Shown here: positions 51,977 to 64,000 of the stretch, in pieces
Layout: every line of letters begins with the position of its first letter
Position numbering within the stretch: the first letter of the stretch is position 1
From: Bugula neritina
Lineage: Eukaryota; Animalia; Bryozoa
DNA length: 64,000 nucleotides
NCBI GenBank assembly: GCA_964035545.1
Contig: OZ037767.1
Location: 20,104,628-20,168,627, forward strand
Direction: 5' to 3'
The notes under the pieces: generated by a model
Databases searched by the model: none
Told to the model about the DNA's origin: nothing
Seen by the model: only the letters and a program-made list of their open reading frames with translations
Made by a program: the position numbers and the translations under genes

Positions 51977-54900
51977 CTAGCTAGTAGTAGTAGTAGTGGT
52001 AGTAGTAGTAGTAGTACTAGTAGTGAGTAGAGAACCAACTCACACTTTCCACAGCCTTAGTCAAAGGTGTCTTGTTGGAGTCTGAAGGGTTTCTCCAGTT
52101 GATGTCAGCTCTGTTTGCCAGAGCCTGCAGCAACACTGGAATGTTTCTAGCTTCTGCTCCCTGAGACAAGCACAGAGATGGAGAGAATAAACAGATATGC
52201 ATGTCTCCAACTGGAGAGTACAACAAGTTGGGGATTCTAAGTTGGGAATACCGAGTTAGGGGACACAAGATTTTTGAACCATTTGGCAATCAGTTTTAGT
52301 GCAAAATTGTAGCCTCAGTATTGCCAATACTATATCGATTATTTGTAAAAATGTGTTTTTGTTGCTGTTTCAAACTATAGCAATATCACTGAGCAAGATG
52401 GCTACCGCATGGAATAACACTGAGCAAGATGGCTACAGCATCGAATAACACTGAGCAATATGGCTACCTTATAGAGCAGAATATTTGGATCTAGTTTATC
52501 AACCTCCTCCAAACTGGTGTGAGATCTGGTGTCATCTGAACCTGAGCTACTCTCGTCTTCTGAAGGTATTAAGTCTATTTCTATCTCTACAACAGATAAA
52601 AGTTGAAATGAATCTCTCATCACGTCTGCTACAGGCTTTACGGCTGGTTTTAAGTTAATTCAACATAGATTTTTATAAGAAATATTCAACGTATAAATTT
52701 AGAATATGAAAACAAAGCGGCTGAATTCACATAATATTGTCCTATACAAATAACAAATGTGAAACACATTCTACCTCCACATCTGTTAATCTACAAGACG
52801 CATGCAGTGACAATGTAGCAGTTGCCATGGTGACTGGATGGGTTTCTACTGGAACAGCTACACACAGAGACATACAACACAACAGCTACTATTAGTAATT
52901 ACTCCCCCCTGCTTCAGCTACACCACACTTACTGTCTATCAACTTGTTTGTTGGAGATCCGAATAACACAACGTCATCTTCACAGAGTCCCAGTTCTGAC
53001 ACGGCAGCATCGGTGGCAGCAGAGGTAGGAGCTGGTGAGTCATCAGCAGATGAACTGCCGACATCTATCATACTATCAGCATTCTCTAATGTACATACAA
53101 CGTGACATACAATGGCTACGGCTGACCTCATCAATAGCATAGAGCAGACAATTCCTAACTACTGCAACCGTCACAGTGAACCAAAAAGCAACCAAAATCA
53201 TTCCAATCAGATTCTTTTGATCTAGCAAGTGACAAACTAATGGAATTGGCATCGACAAGAGAACACATAATAGCATTACTAAGTACATCACTCTGACTAA
53301 GTCACTCATACTAAGTCACTCTTACTAAGTCACTATTACTAAGTCACTCTTACTAAGTCACTATTACTAAATCACTATTATTAAGTCACTCCTACTAAGT
53401 CACTATTACCAAGTCACCCTTAGTAAGTCACTATTACTAAGTCACTATTAATAAGTCACTATTACTAAGTCACTCCTACTAAACACTCTTACTAAGTACA
53501 TCACTATAGAATCTAGTAACACATAGCAGAGTGCTCCAGGGGATCACAGTGCACCAGTCACCTAGCAAACACGAGCCATTTACATAGTTTAAGCAGATCT
53601 TCAAGTGAATGAAGCACTACACTAAATGGGAGAATGGAGGTGATGAGGCGACCCGCAGTCACATGGGGGTACAGAAGCTAGAAGCAGGAGTGGGTGTGGC
53701 ACTAAACAGTACATACTAGTATAGCAGAGAGTCGCTGACACACACAGACGGCACCTTATGACAGCAAAACTAAAGACAGAAACACTAAAGGCAGCATACA
53801 ACAGCGTACCGTAGACAGAGTCGGTGAGCAGCAAAGTCTTACGCTGCCTCTTAGCAACAGCCCATCTCTTGAGAGTAGCAGACTTCTCAGGAGGCACCAG
53901 TGACTTGACAAACAGAGAGTCAACGTACTTGGCTTTGATAAACACTTCTCTGATAGCACTGTGCAGTAGTATAACATGATAATATAGTACTATAACTCAA
54001 TAATATAACATGATAATATAATACTATAACTCAATAATATAATATGATGATATAATACTATAACTCAATAATATAACATGATAATATAATACTATAACTC
54101 AATAATATAATACAATAATATAATACTATAACTCAATAATATAACATGATGATATAATACTATAACTCAATAATATAACATGATAATATAATACTATAAC
54201 TCAATAATATAACATGATAATATAATACTATAACTCATTAATATATTATGATAATATAATACTATAACTCAATAGTATAACATGATAATATAATACAATA
54301 ACTCAATAATATAACATGATAATATAATTCTATAACTCAATAATATAATATAATACTATAACTCAATAATCTAACATGATAATATATTACTATAACAAAC
54401 CTGGATGAGGAAGAGGTAGGTCGGGGAATGCTCTCACGGCCCACACTCTCATAGTTATGCTCGTATATACCATTGACTATAGCATTGCCGAGTTCAGCCA
54501 TCACTTTCAGTACTTCAGGTTCCCAAGAGTCAAGAGTAATAGAACGCACCTTGGACACGTGAACACCTAGACTCCTGCAATATGAAGTAATAGAGTAATA
54601 TAATATGGTAACAGAGTAATATATAATAGTAATAGAGTAACATATATATAATAAAGTAGTAGTATAATAGTAACATATAGTAATATATATAATAGAGTAG
54701 TAGTATAATAGTAACATATAGTAATATATATAATAAAGTAGTAGTATAATAGTAACATATAGTAATATATATAATAGAGTAGTAGTATAATAGTAACATA
54801 TAGTAATATATATAATAAAGTAGTAGTATAATAGTAACATAGTAATATATATAATAGAGTAGTAGTATAATAGTAACATATAGTTATATATAATAGAGTA

Positions 54901-57346
54901 ATAGTATAATAGTAACATATAGTAATATATATAATAGAGTAGTAGTATAATAGTAACATATAGTTATATATAATAGAGTAGTAGTATAATAGTAACATAT
55001 AGTAATATATATAATAGAGTAGTAATATAATAGTAACATATAGTAATATATATAATAGAGTAGTAGTATAATAGTAACATATAGTAATATATATAATAAA
55101 GTAGTAGTATAATAGTAACATATAGTAATATATATAATAGAGTAGTAGTATAATAGTAACATATAGTAATATATATAATAGAGTAGTAGTATAATAGTAA
55201 CATATAGTAATATATATAATAGAGTAGTAGTATAATAGTAACATATAGTAATATATATAATAGAGTAGTAGTATAATAGTAACATAGTAATATATATAAT
55301 AGAGTAGTAGTATAATAGTAACATAGTAATATATATAATAGAGTAGTAGTATAATAGTAACATAGTAATATATATAATAAAGTAGTAGTATAATAGTAAC
55401 ATATAGTAATATATATAATAGAGTAGTAGTATAATAGTAACATATAGTAATATATATAATAAAGTAGTAGTATAATAGTAACATATAGTAATATATAATA
55501 GAGTAGTAGTATAATAGTAACATATAGTAATATATATCATAAAGTAGTAGTATAATAGTAACATATAGTTATATATAATAGAGTAGTAGTATAATAGTAA
55601 CATATAGTAATATATATAATAGAGTAGTAATACAATAGTAACATATAGTAATATATATAATAGAGTAGTAGTATAATAGTAACATATAGTAATATATATA
55701 ATAAAGTAGTAGTATAATAGTAACATATAGTAATATATATAATAGAGTAGTAGTATAATAGTAACATATAGTTATATATAATAGAGTAGTAGTATAATAG
55801 TAACATATAGTAATATATATAATAGAGTAGTAGTATAATAGTAACATAGTAATATATATAATAGAGTAGTAGTATAATAGTAACATATAGTAATATATAT
55901 AATAGAGTAGTAGTATAATAGTAACATATAGTTATATATAATAGAGTAGTAGTATAATAGTAACATATAGTAATATATATAATAAAGTAGTAGTATAATA
56001 GTAACATATAGTAATATATATAATAGAGTAGTAGTATAATAGTAACATATAGTAATATATATAATAGAGTAGTAGTATAATAGTAACATATAGTAATATA
56101 TATAATAGAGTAGTAGTATAATAGTAACATATAGTTATATATAATAGAGTAGTAGTATAATAGTAACATATAGTAATATATATAATAGAGTAGTAGTATA
56201 ATAGTAACATATAGTAATATATATTATAAAGTAGTAGTATAATAGTAACATATAGTAATATATAGAATAGAGTAGTAGTATAATAGTAACATATAGTAAT
56301 ATATATAATAAAGTAGTAGTATAATAGTAACATATAGTAATATATATAATAGAGCAGTAGTATAATAGTAACATATAGTAATATATATAATAGAGCAGTA
56401 GCATAATAGTAACATATAGTAATATATATAATAGAGCAGTAATATAATAGTAACATAGTAATATATATCATAAAGTAGTAGTATAATAGTAACATATAGT
56501 AATATATATAATAGAGCAGTAGTATAATAGTAACATATAGTAATATATATAATAAAGTAGTAGTATAACAGTAACAGAGGCAGCACCTGTGAATTCCGGA
56601 ACATTCTATACAGAGAGTGATGCCGAGGTTAACACTCGCCCAACTTGGGTCCTTAGCATCACAGTCAGCACACACGTCATTCCCTGGCAGTGTATACAGA
56701 AGAGTGGCGTGGCTACAAATATTCACAGAACACAGTCTACATTTAGCTTACTGTATCAACATTACTTTTACTAAATGTTGTCATCAACATACTAAACCAG
56801 AAAGACAGTGAGCAGAGAAAGTAGAGCATTGAATTTAATTACAGCAATCGGCAAATATCAAAATCCTTTTAAAGTTGATTTGCCAAAAATGCTTTTACAA
56901 GAATAATTAAATTGAAAGAGAAGATTACTGGGGACCAAAACTGCAGCTACACCATCATCTCAATGTCATATCATAACGCACTCCATCACATAAAACATAT
57001 CACATCTACATATATCACAACATAACGAACGTCACACCTTGATCTTTTAGTTGATGACTTTTTGTGATTGTCTAAAACAGGCGCCAATGAAGTCTGTGTG
57101 TGTGTAGACTGTGGACCTAGGTGATCTCCGCCAGACAAGGTGCGGGACCTGTCTCTATAAGCTGCCAGCACCCCTTCCTGTATCGCACTGATCCACTCTG
57201 AACATTCTTCTTCATCTGTAGCTTGCAGTACATGAGATCTGAGAGAATAGCACTGTGTGAGAGGCTAGTATTTGGAGTGACATTTAATAGTAGTAGTAAT
57301 AGTAGTAGCAGTAATAGTAGCAGTAATAGTAGTAGTAGTAGTAGTG

Positions 57347-57419
<73 letters not shown>

Positions 57420-60400
57420 CAGCAGCAGCAGAAGTACTAGCAGTAGCAGTAGTAGTTATACTAGTCATACTACTGTGAACAGGCAATAACAAACCCACCT
57501 AGTAGGAGATTTAACTTCAAAGCAGAACCTTCGTTCGCTGTCAGTATAAGGCTTGACAGCGCAAAGTCGTAAATCTTCTTCCATGATAGTCCAGCCTTCT
57601 GATAACTTCTTTGTGTAGATTAGTTGGTTATTCTCAATGGCAAACCAGCGCCTGCATTCCAATAATCATCAATATACATACATATATAACTCTATGTGAC
57701 ATACATAACTCTGTGTTTGACCTATATAACACTATGTGACATATATAACACATCATATGACCTATATATGACACTGTGTGACATATATAACACAATGACA
57801 TATATAACACTGTGTGACCTATATAACACTGTGTAGCCTATATAGTATTGCATGACCTATATAATACAGTGTGACATATATAACACAGTGTGACCTATAT
57901 AACAGTAGGCGACATATAGATATCAACCATTATTTAAAGTAAACGAGCAACTTATATTTAGAAAAAATGAACACATTTTGAAATCGAAGTGGGATAATGA
58001 TGACATATTTAAGTTCAGCTAATATATCTATCGCACATTTTTAAGCAAGTCTAAGCATAGGAGAGGTGAACTCCTGCTGAAGAGATTGTCTGCCACGGCT
58101 GTGTTTCATTGACATCTAGAGGTGTAATCTACATCAGATATTCATGTCTAACCGTAAAGACTGAGAACTAGACTATGGACAACAGTCTACAATGTTTAAC
58201 GGGCGTCAACTTACCGTACCCACGGCCTAAAACCTTTGGAAGTTCTTCTAAAGAGAAAACCGGATATATTAGCACCATCTTCATTTGACTAAAAGAATAT
58301 TTCATCAGTTGTATAAAAACATATACAAAACTGAAGTATCTATCAGTACAAGGTATCCAAGTATGGACACACTTACACAAACATTTCAGTGAGTAAAATT
58401 TTACTTTATGAATCTCAAGTGAATGAAGTGGGCAAATTCATCTTATGTTTTGCTGCAGATAAATGTTACAGGACAAAGGTGGTGATTTTAGCTGTCCATC
58501 TCAAATACTAATTACTTGGAACGTCAATAATAAATGAGGTAAATTACTCAACAGGAATCAAAACAACAAAATGACCCGAGGGAACGACTCTTTGCATACT
58601 GTTGCTAATGCGTTTTAATATTAACGCTTTCAAACATACCGTTACAGTTCAAACCCTCCCGACTGCGGTGCGGATAGAACATCGACATAACAAATTAAAA
58701 AGACAACTCTTAACTTGAAAGCAAACCTTGTCATCATTGCTATGTACATCATTAGCACCTTTACTACTGTCTGATTTGGTATCACTAAGTTGTTGTAACA
58801 ACTCATTGCGTCTTCCTTCACTCTGCTTGGATATGGTGGTTGTGAGGTCAGACAACTCTACTAGCTGCAAATATATTCCATAGTGTAAGATAAGACAACT
58901 TCACTATATACATGAACGGACCTATAACAACTGTGAGAATAGATATTGCATGAATATACTGGCAATGCAAGTGAAGCAAGCAAATCATTTTAGTTACTGC
59001 AGCGCTGTGAAGCTTTTTTCTTTTGCTTTACCGTCCAATTGCATTGAGTGATTCATTTGTAGTATTAATTACAATGCCTGAGCTCATTCAATAAATATAA
59101 ATTTCATCAGTCAATACTAGCTCTTTCAGTAAGCAGCAAAATTAGTATTACAGTACAGTATTACAGTACAGTATTACAGTATAGTATTACAGTACAGTAT
59201 TACAGCATAGTATTACAGTATAGTATTACAGTATAGTATTACAGTACAGTATGTGGTATACTGTAATACTGTACTGTAATACTGTACTGTAATACTGTAC
59301 TGTAATACTATACTGTAATACTGTACTGTAATACTATACTGTAATACTGTACTGTAATACTGTACTGTAATACTATACTGTAATACTGTACTGTAATACT
59401 GTACTGTAATACTATACTGTAATACTATACTGTAATACTGTACTGTAATACTGTACTGCAATACTGTACTGCAATACTGTACTGCAATACTGTACTGCAA
59501 TACTGTACTGTAATACTATACTGTAATACTATACTGTAATACTATACTGTTATACTTTACTGTAATACTATACTGTAATACTATACTGTAATACTATACT
59601 GTAATACTTTACTGTTATACTTTACTGTAATACTATACTGTAATACTATACTGTAATACTTTACTGTAATACTGTACTGTAATACTATACTGTAATACTA
59701 TACTGTAATACTATACTGTAATACTGTACTGTAATACTGTACTGTAATACTATACTGTAATACTGTACTGTAATACTATACTGTAGTACTATACTGTAAT
59801 ACTGTACTGTAATACTGTACTGTAATACTATACTGTAATACTATACTGTAATACTATACTGTTATACTTTACTGTAATACTATACTGTAATACTGTACTG
59901 TAATACTATACTGTAATACTGTACTGGAATACTATACTGTAATACTTTACTGTAATACTGTACTGTAATACTTTACTGTAATACTATACTGTAATACTAT
60001 ACTGTAATACTATACTGTTATACTTTACTGTAATACTATACTGTAATACTATACTGTAATACTATACTGTAATACTTTACTGTTATACTTTACTGTAATA
60101 CTATACTGTAATACTATACTGTAATACTTTACTGTAATACTGTACTGTAATACTATACTGTAATACTATACTGTAATACTATACTGTAATACTATACTGT
60201 AATACTGTACTGTAATACTGTACTGTAATACTATACTGTAATACTGTACTGTAATACTATACTGTAGTACTATACTGTAATACTGTACTGTAATACTGTA
60301 CTGTAATACTATACTGTAATACTATACTGTAATACTATACTGTAATACTGTACTGTAATACTATACTGTAATACTGTACTGTAATACTATACTGCAATAC

Positions 60401-63400
60401 TGTACTGCAATACTGTACTGTAATACTGTACTGCAATACTATACTGTAATACTGTACTGTAATACTGTACTGTAATACTGTACTGTAATACTATACTGTA
60501 ATACTATACTGTAATACTATACTGTAATACTATACTGTAGTACTGTACTGTAATACTATACTGTAATACTATACTGTAATACTGTACTGTAATACTATAC
60601 TGTAATACTATACTGTAATACTATACTGTAATACTATACTGTAATACTATACTGCAATACTATACTGCAATACTGTACTGTAATACTATACTGTAGTACT
60701 GTACTGTAATACTACACTGTAATACTGTACTGTAATACTATACTGTAGTACTGTACTGTAATACTATACTGCAATACTGTACTGTAATACTGTACTGTAA
60801 TACTGTACTGTAATACTACACTGTAATACTGTACTGTAATACTGTACTGTAATACTATACTGTAATACTATACTGTAATACTATACTGTAATACTGTACT
60901 GTAATACTATACTGCAGGGGTGTCCAACCTTTTCAGACCGAGGGCCAGTCTGCAAGTTTTAACTTGGGCCGAGGGCCACAAAAAATTTTTCTGTTTTTAA
61001 AATAAATTTTCAAGATTCATTAAACATCTGCAGGCTATATGTATTATAATTATAAGCATGGCTAGGCTTTGCATGTTTATTAAAATCATAACATATTTAA
61101 ATAGATATATATATATATATCACTTATGTGTGTGCATGTGCGTATATATGCATTTAATTAAAATAGGTAAACAAGAAACATTTCATTTTTATTACTTTAA
61201 TAATCAATAATTATATATGCATTTATGTTTGTGCATAAAAAATTATACATATAAAGTATATATTCATGATATTCATGCAAAATTTAAACAAGATATGCCA
61301 GTGCTAAGAGTCTGTACTCATACTGGTATAGTTATATTTTACAAGCATAAGTGAGACACTTGTGAGTACACAGTGAGTACTGTTTGCCTTAAACAATTCT
61401 GTTAATATCTAGTTTCGTATCAGAACATATAACCCTTAGTTGCTGGACTAAGTGCTGATTAGTGAGTGAAGTGTAGTATCTATTTTTGTGTATTTCATTT
61501 GCCTGAAAATTGAAAGTTCAAAGTTCAAACCTTCAAGCCGTTTCAGTGCAGTGCAGCATCTAACAAGCAGTCAAAGGTCAAGGCGATTACAAATCCTAAA
61601 TCATTTCAGTACATACAAAATTGTTTGGGCATCTAACCTTAAAACAGCATGTAAATGAAAACGAACATATACACAATAATATTTTAGTACTGCATAAGTG
61701 AAGTGTGTCAGGGATTCTTCAATTACTTATCTTTCACAATACAATCAATAAAAATTAGATCTTAGTTATACTTTCAAAAAAGTCTTGTCTCTATATATGG
61801 CCAGTCCTGATTAAATGTCTTTAAAATATCTGCCTGCACAGGCTAGTTACAGGTAACTTTTTAGCTGCAACTGCCTTGCTGAGGTTTGCGTTGTAACTGT
61901 GTAAAAATTCAGTACCAGTAAAAACAATCCCATTTGATTGTAGGCTACTAGAATTAAAATTTAAAAACTATGTTGTGAATCTTATTTTTCATTCTTTTGA
62001 AAAAAAACTGCACATCTTTGGCTAATTTTGCCTGAAAAGTTGATTTTTTAGTACCAATAAAATATCTTAGCAGGAAAACATATCTGAATAAAAAAGCAAT
62101 GACTTTTAGATTTAATATAAATTGTGGATTTATATACTGGAAATGGTATATTTCTTGTTAAGTAGTAAGCACTGTGCATAACTTCACGCTTCAGTGAACG
62201 CGTAGAGATGAGCATAATATTATTATAATATTAATATAGCTAACAGACTATATTGACTAGCTTGCTGTTATTGGCTGTAGTTTGATCTCAGGCTAAACAA
62301 TGACAAGTAGGCAACACGCATGCCACCCACAGAACAATATTGTAGAAGAACTTAAACTACATTTTAATAGGAAATTCTTAGTGGATGCTCTCAACTATCC
62401 TATGTGCTGCTGTTTCAGGCTAGTTAGCAAATTTGATGAACAAAAATTTGCAACTTGCTATACCTTGGGGGGGCCACACAAATATAGCTGGAGGGCCGGA
62501 TGCGGCCCGCGGGCCGCCTGTTGGACAGCCCTGCTATACTGTCATACTGTACTGTAATACTGTACTGTAATACTGTACTGTAATACTGTACTGTAATACT
62601 GTACTGTAATACTGTACTGTAATACTGTACTGTAATACTATACTGCAATACTGTACTGCAATACTTTACTGTAATACTATACTGTAATACTATACTGTAA
62701 TACTATACTGTAATACTGTACTGTAATACTATACTGTAATACTTTACTGTAATACTATACTGTAATACTATACTGTAAGACAGAGAAAAAGAGGATAAAC
62801 ATGTAAATCTCAAAGACATTATGGAGTAAAATTGCACTGACCTTTCCAGCCACTTCTTTCATGAAGTTATCATCTTCCTCAAAGAGATCAAAGCCCTGAT
62901 GAAAGTAGGTACTGTGTGCTGTGAGGTAGGAGTACATCTGTAAGAATACAGACTATCTGTATGCAGACGTTTCATTGAACAGAGCTGTTAACAGAGCACT
63001 GATGCTGCTTTGAAATATACTTATAATATAACCAATTGCGTATAAAATTCAAGCAGAGAGTCTCGCATAAATTTGGCTTGGCTCAGTTATCAAAACAGGA
63101 AATACAACTTTATAGCCTGAGCATCGCAGATGTGAGTTACAACTTCTCAAAACTCTCCACACTAAAGCTTTCAGCTAAGGAAGTGCTAAGAGGTTTCTAC
63201 CAGGAACTTACGGTTTGAAGGATGTCATGCCTCTGCTTCTCGTTGAACATGTTCAGCTACAACACAACCCACAATGAGCCAGAGTGAGTTACAGAGCGAG
63301 TTACAGTGTGAGTCAGAGAGTGATGCAGAGCGAGTCTCAGAGTGAGTCAAAGTTAGTCCAAGAGAGTGAGTCAGAGTACACAAGTCACAGTACACAGTGA

Positions 63401-63862
63401 GTCATAGGACAATCTTGAGTTATTTTACAAAAAGTTTTTATCTGGTATCATAATAGCGGCTCTATCATTCACAAGACCAATGCTATAGCTGAATTGTTTC
63501 AACAGCTCAAGATTCGTTTGCAAATAATATAGCAAATGTATCAAGTTTTACATAAACGTCTGGCAAAAAAACATTTGAAAAGTTTTGAGAAACAAATGAC
63601 ATGAAGTTTTCTTGGCATATCATCTCACATTTGGTTCACAAACTCAAGTTGCAAAAAGATAATTCTTAAGACACAAACCTTGTCAACATACTCTAACGAC
63701 ATGGCTGTGAACTTTGACTTTGAGACTAGAAGCTGATTGGCTGATTCTTCACATTCTGCTGCCTTTGCTTTTGGAGCTGACACGTGCTTGTTTAGAGCTG
63801 AGTCTAAATCGTCACTAGCTCTGCGAAACTTAGCCTGTGATTCCCGTACAAGCCTCAGATCA
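50949..63862 (-). CDS. ACAP2: Arf-GAP with coiled-coil, ankyrin repeat and PH domains (ACAP/centaurin-beta), 15 exons in window, 5' part beyond right edge
   Basis: Exons (gene order): 63679-63862, 63212-63256, 62842-62937, 58727-58864, 58215-58288, 57499-57651, 57038-57238, 56587-56712, 54401-54574, 53810-53958, 52933-53085, 52468-52586, 52044-52160, 51521-51741, 50949-51111; phases chain. BAR (YFHQGFDLF), PH ([36 protein letters not shown]), ArfGAP (CADC...[34 protein letters not shown]), ankyrins, C-terminal [19 protein letters not shown]. The ACAP paralogue number is nominal. Confidence 0.94.
51773..52025. repeat. (TAG)n microsatellite filling an ACAP intron
   Basis: Direct reading. Confidence 0.95.
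52382..52467. repeat. 31-bp tandem repeat x~2.8 starting exactly at an ACAP donor GT
   Basis: Sense GTAGCCATATTGCTCAGTGTTATTCGATGCT repeated. Confidence 0.9.
53277..53505. repeat. 14-bp minisatellite (ACTAAGTCACTATT), ACAP intron
   Basis: Direct reading. Confidence 0.9.
53965..54396. repeat. 34-bp minisatellite filling an ACAP intron
   Basis: ATAACATGATAATATAATACTATAACTCAATAAT x~13. Confidence 0.95.
54585..56575. repeat. 41-bp minisatellite filling the 2-kb intron inside the ArfGAP domain
   Basis: AGTAGTAGTATAATAGTAACATATAGTAATATATATAATAG with 39-bp variants; source of the spurious Y/I/L ORFs. Confidence 0.97.
57286..57457. repeat. (AGT)n microsatellite, ACAP intron
   Basis: Direct reading. 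Confidence 0.95.
57675..57920. repeat. ~19-21-bp degenerate minisatellite (TATATAACACTGTGTGAC), ACAP intron acceptor side
   Basis: Direct reading. Confidence 0.85.
59143..62777. repeat. 13-bp minisatellite (ACTGTAATACTRT) with an inverted left arm and a hAT insertion
   Basis: 59143-59252 is the reverse-complement orientation; 59258-60914 and 62534-62777 are forward. Confidence 0.95.
60915..62533. mobile_element. hAT-family non-autonomous element (Charlie/Buster-like) inside an ACAP intronic minisatellite
   Basis: TIRs CAGGGGTGTCCAAC / GTTGGACAGCCCTG, subterminal GGCCCGCGGGCC, 8-bp flanks CTATACTG on both sides. Confidence 0.88.
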
Positions 63863-64000
63863 CTGACAAAAGATCGTATTGTAACAGAGAGCCCGACTAG
63901 ACAGACTGAGTGAAGAGCTGAGAGTGCATGCAGGTAAAGAAAGAACAGAGTATAACAACAAGTCAGACTATCTGATCACCATAGAAAGAGTATCGGGCAT

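Noticed and set aside
53622-53701. Extra GC-richer candidate ACAP exon
   Set aside because: It reaches a stop in the required phase with no good donor, and the flanking exons already join in frame.
54337-56726. Long Y/I/L-rich ORFs (up to 318 aa)
   Set aside because: Translations of the 41-bp intronic minisatellite; only 54401-54574 and 56587-56712 are real exons.

Overview
AT-rich, intron-rich animal (probably invertebrate) genomic DNA. Three spliced genes were rebuilt by hand with GT-AG introns and consistent phases. (1) An ASK1-type MAP3K (MAP3K5/15 family), minus strand, ATG at 23147, 18 exons down to 2470, with the 3' end apparently off the left edge. (2) A complete 11-exon PWP1, plus strand, 26570-34345, head-to-head with ASK1. 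(3) An ACAP/centaurin-beta (BAR-PH-ArfGAP-ankyrin), minus strand, 15 exons from 63862 to the stop at 50949, with the 5' end off the right edge. Between PWP1 and ACAP are an orphan acidic-repeat exon chain and a ~2.1-kb duplicated block. The second copy of that block carries a full-length decayed RTE LINE (13-bp TSD) and a TA-target TIR element, and the first copy preserves both empty sites. Also present: a CR1/L2 fragment, two related hAT MITEs with 8-bp TSDs, and an inverted pair of SINE-like repeats. The main unexplained pattern is that many ASK1 and ACAP introns each carry a private minisatellite next to a splice site. Several units copy the splice junction itself and several introns are almost entirely array. 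Second, the inverted SINE-like pair brackets a 687-nt frame-symmetric exon block of ASK1. All coordinates were read by eye; no searches were run.
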